Part shown: one piece after another, positions 26,459-35,512 of the stretch | How positions within the stretch are numbered: the first letter of the stretch is position 1 | How the letters are laid out: every line of letters begins with the position of its first letter | From: Schmidtea polychroa | Lineage: Eukaryota | Assembly (NCBI GenBank): GCA_044892525.1 | Contig: CM097887.1 | Coordinates: 10,230,001-10,294,000 of the forward strand | Reading direction: 5' to 3' | Length of the DNA: 64,000 bases | Program-made: the position numbers and the translations under genes | The notes under the pieces: model-generated | What the model was told of the DNA's origin: nothing | Database searches by the model: none | Seen by the model: the letters and a program-made list of their open reading frames with translations, nothing else

Positions 26459-27515
26459 TCAAATAAACTCTTGTCTAGCAAGAGCTTTTTCAATATATTT
26501 CCTCATGTTAGCAAACCAACCACCAAAATCGATTCCTTCATTATCCAGTGTAGTCCGTATTCTGGTTTTCAATTCATCTCGATTTGCAGCCGAAGGATGA
26601 ATGGCAAATAGCACCGATTTAAAATGGCTAAAGTACTCTTCAATCGGAGTAAGGGGGTAAAAATCGAAAATTAATATTATTAGACTCCAACAGACTAATA
26701 ACAGTCCTGGAATGGTGAAACCTACAGTTATCCATTATCAATACGTCATTCGGATTAGATCTAAAATGGCTCAACAACTTTTCCTCAATAAAACCACAAA
26801 AACTTTCTCCGTTAAAAGCACCATCTTTGATTTCATAAGAAACTATTCCAGATTTCTTAATTGCCACCATACAACTGATATTAGTACCACGATTGCCTTT
26901 AACGATTTTGTAGGCTTTTGAATTTTTGGGCGAGTAACCGTAGTTCCTGGTTTGATGCAAATTCAGTCCGGTTTCATCCAAAAAAACCAAATGATCATTC
27001 GAGATAAAATTTGTTTCACGGGCGTATCTTTGCCTTAGATCGATATTTTTAGGGGTGTTTCGTTCCTGTGGAATTCTGACCAGTCGTTTCCTGGTATATT
27101 CCATCTTTTTAAGTATTTTAGAAACAGCACTCGAGCACCTAGTTATTCCGGAGTGTTGCAACTCTTCGGATAGTTCGGGCTGGGTAAATGAGGCGTCTCT
27201 TTGTAAAATTTGGCTTATTTTGGATTTCACGACGGACAAATCTGCCATTTTCCTTCCTTTCTTCGGACCGCAGATTTCTTCGTCCGTTGCGCCGTCGCAT
27301 AGTTTTCCGACCAGGTTATATGCGGTCTTTAGACTAATCTCTTGCTCGGAGGCGATTGTTTTTGTATCGGTATTTTTTTCAACCGATTTTCGGACTCGTT
27401 TTATGATTTCGAGCGTAACAGTTTGCCGCCTTTTTCGAACCCTGACATCTTGGCGCTCTTCGGAGGTTTGTTCAGTGCTGTTGGACATGGTTGAGTGATT
27501 TAGTTTTGAATGCAT
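26459..27515 (-). pseudogene. Tc1/IS630-family transposase with a ~14-nt deletion at ~26640
   Basis: HTH region, VFLDETG, MDNCRFHH, FLPPYS|PIEEYFSHFK continuing in a shifted frame to RQEFI* at 26459. Restoring PxLN gives DD34E. Confidence 0.92.
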
Positions 27516-27574
27516 AAATTCCAGTCTTAAAATATATCGATGTAGGTTTTTAAAATTTCAATATAAGTTTTTAG

Positions 27575-28107
27575 ATATATTGTTTCAAGATTTTAAATAT
27601 ATTATTTCAAGATTTTAAATATATTGTTTCAAGATTTTAAATATATTATTTCAAGATTTTAAATATATTGTTTCAAGATTTTAAATATATTGTTTCAAGA
27701 TTTTAAATATATTATTTCAAGATTTTAAATATATTATTTCAAGATTTTAAATATATTATTTCAAGATTTTAAATATATTGTTTCAAGATTTTAAATATAT
27801 TATTTCAAGATTTTAAATATATTATTTCAAGATTTTAAATATATTGTTTCAAGATTTTAAATATATTATTTCAAGATTTTAAATATATTATTTCAAGATT
27901 TTAAATATATTATTTCAAGATTTTAAATATATTATTTCAAGATTTTAAATATATTATTTCAAGATTTTAAATATATTGTTTCAAGTTTTTAGATATATTG
28001 TTTCAAGATTTTAAATATATTATTTCAAGATTTTAAATATATTGTTTCAAGATTTTAAATATATTATTTCAAGATTTTAAATATATTATTTCAAGATTTT
28101 AAATATA
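27575..28107. repeat. 22-bp tandem array (ATATATT(A/G)TTTCAAGATTTTAA), about 24 copies
   Basis: Direct reading. About 4 inverted copies at 26205-26295. Confidence 0.95.
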
Positions 28108-28983
28108 CTAATAACAATAACAATAATAATAATAACTTTCTATTTATTTTTATAGAAATCAAGCTGAATGCCTTTCCAATAGTAGCATCATGAAAATAGT
28201 TCCTTGTGATAAATTTGTGATTTTTATTTTCCTCAATATCCTATTATCATTTTCATCTCTAAATTTGATGTGTATATATTTGCAGTGTTTTGCTAAATCG
28301 TCATTAAAAAAAAATATTTTAATTTATAAAGTAACTACATTATTCAATTAACAAAATATTGATTAAATTTCACTTTAATAAAACTTTAATGAAATAAACA
28401 ATTTAAGAAAATGATGTTGATTTTAGTTTTAATAAATAATCAATGAAACATTTATCCTCAATTTGCCGTACCTATCTAACTGCATAGAATTCATTTGCAA
28501 AATTTCCTAGCAGCAGAACTTTTTTGAAAAATTATGTATAATTTAAATAATTTGCCGATCAACTGGAGCCGATGTAATCGGACTCCTGTCGGTTGATCTC
28601 AATTTTCATGGAGGGAAGAAAGACGGACTAATCTTTTTATTAGATTATTTTTTTTTATTATTTTAATTTTAAAACTTTATCGAAAGTTTAACGAATTTTT
28701 TTGATTGGACAAGATTTAAAATGAATTTCAAAAGGGAAGACTTTAGATGAATTTCAGTTAAACTGCTATTTAAGAATTGAAATAAAATAAATTCTTTTTA
28801 ATTGAATTTTAATTTTATGGTATTTACTGAACTTTATAAAGGCAATTATTATTATGATCTGTCAAAAGTAGTTTTTCGAATTTATCGCAATAAATGCAAT
28901 TATTATATAATCAAAACATTTTTCAGTGAGTGAACTTTTAATTTTATTTTTTTCACAGTTTTTTTTTGGAACTTAAAATATAT

Positions 28984-29147
28984 AAAATCGATAAAAATGT
29001 TTTTGTCTAATGAATTACAAATATATAAAATCGGTAAAAATATTTTTGTCTAATGAATTACAAATATAGGAAATCGGTAAAAATGTTTTTGTCTAATGAA
29101 TTACAAATATAGAAAATCGGTAAAAATGTTTTTGTCTAATGAATTAC
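28984..29147. repeat. 43-bp tandem repeat, about 3.8 copies, in the element 3' UTR
   Basis: AAAATCGGTAAAAATGTTTTTGTCTAATGAATTACAAATATAT starts at 28984, 29027, 29070 and 29113. Confidence 0.9.
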
Positions 29148-29430
29148 TACTAAATTAAATAATAAATTGTTATGATTTGTCGCAACCTGTTTATGTGGCT
29201 CTTGACAACCACTCATTTCCAATTGTTGTCCATGGTAGCCAAACCCCGACAATTGGAATTGTGTTTGTTGTTATATACAGTAATAGTTTTATTTATTTAG
29301 TCATTTATTTACTCATTCAATTATTTACTTATTTATTCTTATTTTGGGGTCTTACTGATGCACTGCCAATAAATACATGAGACAAAATCGAGTTCACAAT
29401 TATTTATTTTATAAATACAATATATAAAAA

Positions 29431-30895
29431 TTAATCCATCTTTATTTCTAATCGTTTTGTTTCATGCCGATATCGTATTATTGTTTCTTCTCGTTCATAT
29501 ACTACTCCATTGACAGTGACAGTGTCTCCGACATCAATGTTTGAAGTTGTTTTTCTCTTCTTGGATTTTCTACATTCTGGCATTGGACCATATTCAAGTG
29601 TTGGATGTGTCCTTATCATCGAAATGCTTATCATTAATGCAACACATTCTTCCGCAATTTCTAAGAATGATTCATTGGCCCACTTCAATTGAATCAATGG
29701 ATTTTCACTATCCATCGTTACATTCTCCTCGAATGTTAAATCAATTTCTTCAGATTCCATTACATCTTCAATTGGAATTTGCGTTAGTTTTTCTGGTATT
29801 GCAGTTGATGTTGATTCAATTTCCCGAAGCTTCTTATATTCATCCCACGAATATCTCTGACGGTTGATTTTTGGGCATCGGTATGTCATCAATCCATTGA
29901 CTTTCCACTCTCTGGTATACCTTGCGTATACTTTTCACGTCCTCGAGAGCCGAATGAATACTCATCTGAGTCTCTTCTCCACATATTTCTTTCACCACTG
30001 TTTGTAGTTTGAACCATTCTCCCTTTATGGTTACTCCCATGTTCTGAAGTATTGGTGCTGCTGCTAGATCTCGAATGCCGTACAATTGTTCAATCCATAT
30101 CCCCAAGTATTGTAATTCTGCATGCAAATCATGGCCGATCAATATCTTGCCCACTGTCAAGTGTTGAATCTCTTTTATTGCCACATATTGATCACATTGG
30201 TTCCTGCTGGCCACTTCTGTAATTCCATGGATCCTTGAATTAAAATGTCGGATTTTTCCTCTTGGAGTGAGGTATACATCTTTAACTACTTTCCCATAAT
30301 AATTCATAATTGCTATTGCTAAAGGGACCATTTTTTCTTGCTCTGATGTGCCTTATTCAGCATCAATGAATAATATTCTATTGCGGATTTCTTCTAGATA
30401 CATTTCTTTTCTGAGAAACGACAATTTCTTTTTCAACATTTCCTTTGAAATTTTCAATAACAATGGGTCTTCTTCAATTAGATGCATCTGTGGTACCTCG
30501 TCCGCTTCATTCTCAGTTCTGATTTCCACCACCAACGTTGTCTCCTCATTCGCTGCTCGTAGTGTTCTCCACATGAAGTCCTTCTGCAGCTTCCACGATG
30601 TGAATTTTCGAAGTTGCCACCATATTGTATTATCGTTCTTCAGCACTTCCACTGTACCTCTGATCACGTGTATGTGATATTCTTCCTTCCGAGACAACTC
30701 AATTTCATCTGTCAATTTCAATTCTGAATTTCTCCTTATTGTAAACATTCGTATCTTCATTCTTCTGTCATCTATCCGCAAATAATTTGGAATTTGTAAA
30801 TTTTCATTGATTTCGTATAATTGTTGGCTGGCATGATTTTTCTGCATCTTGAAGTAACTGTCGTAGGTGGATCTTGCCCATTGTACTTGTTCCAT
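29431..30895 (-). pseudogene. LTR element ORF3: N-terminal unknown domain + DEDDh (REX4/ISG20-like) 3'-5' exonuclease + C-terminal unknown domain; one stop (30353) and one frameshift (~29875)
   Basis: ILFIDAE* (ExoI), AIAIMNYYGKVVKDVYLTP..FNSRIHGIT, ILIGHDLHAELQYL (ExoII), HSALEDVKS (ExoIII). ORFs 30353..30895 and 29840..30331 share a frame. Confidence 0.85.
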
Positions 30896-31298
30896 TTTTG
30901 CTAAAATAGTTATAATTTAACGTTTGAATTTAATTTACTTTTAAAACTAGGGCTGAGATAAAGTATCCGAAGGATACTGTCCCAACTATTAGCTGTATAA
31001 ATAATAATAATAATAATTACCGATTTATTTGGGTGTCTGTTTATTTTTTGTTTCATTTTTTTTTAAATTAATTAAGTTTAATGAGTTTAAACCCGCCTTT
31101 TATACCCTTATCAAAATTTTCTTACCCTTTCATTTTCTTAGTGCTAACCAATCAAATTAATGCTTTTATTTCGTATTGAAAAGTGCAGATTCACATAAAT
31201 AAAATAAATAAATAAAATTCTGATTACATTCATAAAATATTAGTACTGTATTACTACTGCTACTTTATCAAATGTGCATGCAAAGTATTTGTATCTTA

Positions 31299-32192
31299 CT
31301 ACACAAAAGTTTCTTCATAGACAATCCAAGGTCTCGCAATCTCGGATTGGTTCGTAGAAGATTTGGATATTGTTCGAGATTCATTTGACACAATGATGAT
31401 GAGAATAATGAGAAAGATTATTATAGTTAGACTAGTTGATAATAATGTTACACACACAATGTCATTATCAGTATTTAATAATGTAAAATAGCTTTTTGAT
31501 TGGGTCCGTTTTTCGGGAAACATTCACCGTTTGATTGTAGATGTGAAAGATTACTCGGTTTGTTTCATTAACTAATCGTATCATGTGTTGACTAGAATGG
31601 ATTTTGACCCATTGACTCTTAATTTCGGTTCCATTTTCATAGAGATTTTTCATAATAATGAATGTGAATATTATAAGTGTGATGTTGTTTTAAATTGACA
31701 TAATTTACAAAGGGTTTTCTGCTGTTCAGTGTATCGATTGCATAATTTTGAAAAACTATTTTTATTTGTTGGGATTCACGGGGTTCCCAATATACGTCAA
31801 TTCCATTTACCAATGGTTCAATTGATACCCGATTTTGTAATCTCTTTGTCCAAATATTAATGCGTATAAGATTTTGTATTTTTGTATTATTACTTTTCGA
31901 ATCCAATTGCGTAATTAACCAAGGGTATTCATAATTCATTGTTAATTGTCTAGCCACATAAATATTTTTGGTGCTGTTCAATTTTATTGGGGGTTCAAAG
32001 TAGTTTATTAGATTATTTATCTCTATTTCTTCTGCTTCTCCAGCATAATAAACCCAAACTATTTGAGTACATGTTGAATAAATATGAACTTTGTCTAATA
32101 ATACAACTGTATTAGTTGCATATAATGGGAATACTCTCACTGCATTTACTGACATTATATTGATAATCATTACTGTTGTAATCAATAAAACT
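31299..32192 (-). CDS. Second predicted type-I membrane glycoprotein at the end of ORF2 (unknown family)
   Basis: Signal-like VLLITTVMIINIMSVNA (32141-32192), sequons NST/NNT/NGT/NET/NQT, and C-terminal TM TIIIFLIILIIIV (31389-31428). Confidence 0.6.
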
Positions 32193-32309
32193 TTATTGAT
32201 GTAACTCAATGGGGCAGGGTTTTTTGTAAACTTTTGTTTAAGGAATGTGTTTCCTTCATCTTTATTAAGTTTTGATCTTAATGGGTAACGTGATTCATCT
32301 TCTACTAGT

Positions 32310-32530
32310 ATCTTTTTACATCTATTTACATGAACGATGATTGTTCCAGCCTTTTTATTGTTTTGTGGACGCAATTTTAAATTAGTCTCTGTTGTATCGC
32401 ATACTAGATATGGTCCTTTAAACGGTCGTTGTAATTTCGCTGACAATCCCTTTGTTGGTTCTGGTTTGTTTATATACACTAGATCTCCAATTTCAATATC
32501 ATGCGCCCGTGCGCGTTCATGCACTATTTC
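32310..32530 (-). CDS. Gypsy integrase C-terminal GPY/F (SH3-like) module
   Basis: HDIEIGDLVYINKP..GLSAKLQRPFKGPYLV...IIVHVNRCK. Confidence 0.88.
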
Positions 32531-32554
32531 TCCAGTTTGCCCTTTTATCAACTT

Positions 32555-32860
32555 TCCAGTTTTCAGATCGAGAGAAATTCCTTGTAGTTGCTCCATTACG
32601 TCCATGCCAATAAGGCATTTTACAGGGCTGTTCCTCATTACTGATACCCAATGAATTATTTCTTGATTTCCAATTATCAGTTTAACTTCTAATTTTCCAA
32701 CAATATTTAGTGCATTATGTGACATTGATTTAATAATGTGATTAGTTGGTTTTATTTTGGCTTTCTCCTGATACGTCAAGAAACTTTCCGCTACTATAGT
32801 GTGATTTGAGCCTGAGTCTAATAAAGCTTCCACTTTTCTCTTATTAAACTGTATGTTTGT
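32555..32860 (-). CDS. Retropepsin-type aspartic protease
   Basis: KVEALLDSGSNHTIV (DSG at 32810-32818) and CLIGMDVM. Confidence 0.92.
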
Positions 32861-33296
32861 TCGAGGTTGTCTTCCTCCTACTACTGCTGTCATAAGTGCA
32901 TAGCTACATGGTAAACCAAGCATATTTTTTCTTTCAATCTCAGCACTCGTTGGTTCAATCTTTTCTAATTCGATTGTGATATTATCTACAGGTTTCATTT
33001 CTTTTAATTGTTCATTTGGATATATTGGTGCTGTTGGTTTAAATGTTGGAGTGTACCATCTAGTAAGAGTATCAATTCCACTTAGTTTTGGCATTGGTTC
33101 AAGTAAAAATCTGGATTCTGGCTCCCTTTTACTTTTTATTACACTTTTTCGAAAGCATTTATGTTCTGATTCGCCGTTGCTACTGTCATTGTTATGATCG
33201 TCGTTTTTGTCTTCCGACTGACATGTAGATTCCTCACTTCTCCGGCCATTTCTCAACTGCACTCTTACTCTTGCCATTTCTTTAAATTGATGATCT

Positions 33297-35089
33297 GTAA
33301 TAAAGAATCTGGCCAATAATGGAATACAGCCAATAATTAATTTCCATGACCATCCAGATATTGCATATATTCGATGTACTGATAATATCTGTGACACTAT
33401 CACCTTTGCTGTTATCACGATTACGTAAATTCCGATTAAGCCTGCACATGCTTGTCCCAAAAACATGAACTTGCCCCAAATCTTTTCCATCGTTTTGTAT
33501 GTAGCTCGTTTGAAATGATCAGGTGTTAGCAAATACTCGTAATTTACTTTTCCTTCCCCATTCGGTAATATCGTGTCAATCATTTCTGAAATTACTCGTT
33601 CTTTCTTGGATGGAAACAACAAATTTCTTTGAGCTTCTTCAATATCCTCGCTTGGGTACAAACTTATTTGTGCCATTTTGTTTAATGATGTGAAATTTAT
33701 CAGGTATTCTAGATTTGTTGATTCTAATTTGTCTGGAGTCTTGACTCCACGATAGTCTGGTAAAGCTATCCAAGAATCTGTTGCTAATCGGTATAAGGGT
33801 GCTAATAATCTATTACATTGTAAAATCTTTGGTTTAGTTTGTTCATCAAGCAAAATTCTAGTTATCGGTTCCATAAATCGTATCTTTCCACCGAGGCTTA
33901 CTGGTAGTTCGTTTGTGCATTTTTCATATTTAGTAATTTTCACTGAGACTTCTTTGCATTTGTAACTGTATAACGCTTCTCCAAAAATTCTCGCAAACAC
34001 GCCACTTTCTGATATTAGCATAGGTGCTACTAAATTTGGATTCGTAATTGCCATCGCCATTCGATTTCGAAGAATCTCTTTGTTTAGCTTGCAATCGTTT
34101 AGAATCATTTCTCTATATACATTTTCCATGATGTTTTGACTAAAATGAAACAAATAATCAATTTTATTATTAAAATAATGAGTAAGTTTAATATCATCTC
34201 TGTGAATTTTAATTTTTGCCTCTTCCACAACATTTCTAGACACATAAACGCCTTTATAATTTGTTACATACACCATTCAACCACATTTGTTGGTGATTTC
34301 CTTTTTTACAAATCGCATGCCATCTTCTGGTAATGTAGACATTAAAACTGTTCCCATTTGTTTTGTCCATATTGGAGTTGACTTAATAGTATCATTTGGT
34401 CTATATTTCGTATTAAAACTATCAGGTTTATCTCTAAACTGTTCTCCCACTAGCTCTTTAAAATTCATAGTTTTTAAGTGTGCTAAAATACACTTATTGG
34501 TTTCGACATTATAGACAAGAATCGATTCCCCCGTTTGACAATTTGTTTGTTTCATATTACAGAATGGATGTGTTTGTAGCTTTCCCGAATTATCGTCGAA
34601 AGCTCCTTCAAACTCTCTCAACTCTGTTAGATATTCTTCCAGCACAACTGTGTGCTGAACAATTTTACCATTCATTTTGTATGGTTCACCTTCACAATCG
34701 CCATTTGCTTTCATAACTCCTTTTACAATTATTGTTTCTCGTATCCTATGATTCAATTTTGCCTTTAAACGAATTTCCGGACTTATTTTTAATTCTCCGG
34801 TTTGAAATGCTGTTAGACAGTTTTCTGGGAGTACCTCAACTGGCCTAGGTATCGCATGCATTTTTATAAGTGACGTATGACTCCATTTGCCACAATAGAA
34901 TACAAATGTTGTATGTTTGACAATACACTCTCTTACTTGAGTTCTTCGTAAATCAGACTCTTGATACACGTAATATTTTATATCATTTTCTATTTTCAGT
35001 TTACTAGTATACGCACCTGGGCATTCCGACATATCAACTACTGAATAAATTTTTCCCATTTCAGTTTGGGAGCAATCATATGCAACTAA
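33297..35089 (-). CDS. Chuvirus (Jingchuvirales)-like envelope glycoprotein
   Basis: Mature N-terminus LVAYDC after a signal peptide. Motifs FYCGKWSH, GDCEG, CG.MVY.T, YFNNKIDY, GEALYSYKCKEVSV..CTNELPV..RFMEPITRIL, and C-terminal WGKFMFLGQACAGLIGIYVIVI TM. About 600 aa with one stop at 34277. Family recognised from motif memory. Confidence 0.78.
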
Positions 35090-35242
35090 TGATGATGTCT
35101 GCGTAATTATTGCACAAAATGTAATCATCATAAACATTGCCCACGGAAATATCATAGTTTTTCGCAGTTCTGGTCGAACTCTCTCATTGACTCGTTTTTG
35201 AGGTGGTTTCCTCTCTTGATTCTCGTTTTTCTTTTCTGTTAG

Positions 35243-35512
35243 AGACGAACACAGTGTTCTCCAACCACCATTTTCCTTTACCCAGTTCATTAGATATTCG
35301 TTTACTAGTCTGGCAGCGATATCTATCAAGTTATCTAATTTATCTGATTTCGCGAACGCATACGTTCCACTTTCTAAAACAATATAAGTTAAAGCTGTTA
35401 TTATCACATCCTTGTTAATTTCATATTTTGTTAAATTTTCAATTACTGATCTCTCGCAAAATGTATCCTCTTCGCCAAATTTCTGTACTACTTCAGGCAG
35501 TCTATTGTTCAT
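35243..35512 (-). CDS. Bcl-2-like domain (clear BH2, degenerate BH1)
   Basis: YLMNWVKENGGWRTL matches BH2 WIxxNGGW. EINKDVIITAL sits at BH1 spacing (NWGR degenerate). Followed by a basic linker and a hydrophobic anchor at 35090-35155. Confidence 0.7.

Larger units (their letters stand above)
26205..28107 (-). mobile_element. Tc1/IS630-like DD34E transposon nested in the LTR element, with tandem-repeat TIRs
   Basis: Inverted ends TATATTTAAAATCTTGAAA... built from a 22-bp unit plus a unique inverted segment (26290-26345 vs 27525-27585). TA at both termini. Confidence 0.85.

Noticed and set aside
27575-28107. CRISPR-like appearance of the 22-bp array
   Set aside because: Head-to-tail repeats without spacers, eukaryotic context, part of a transposon TIR.
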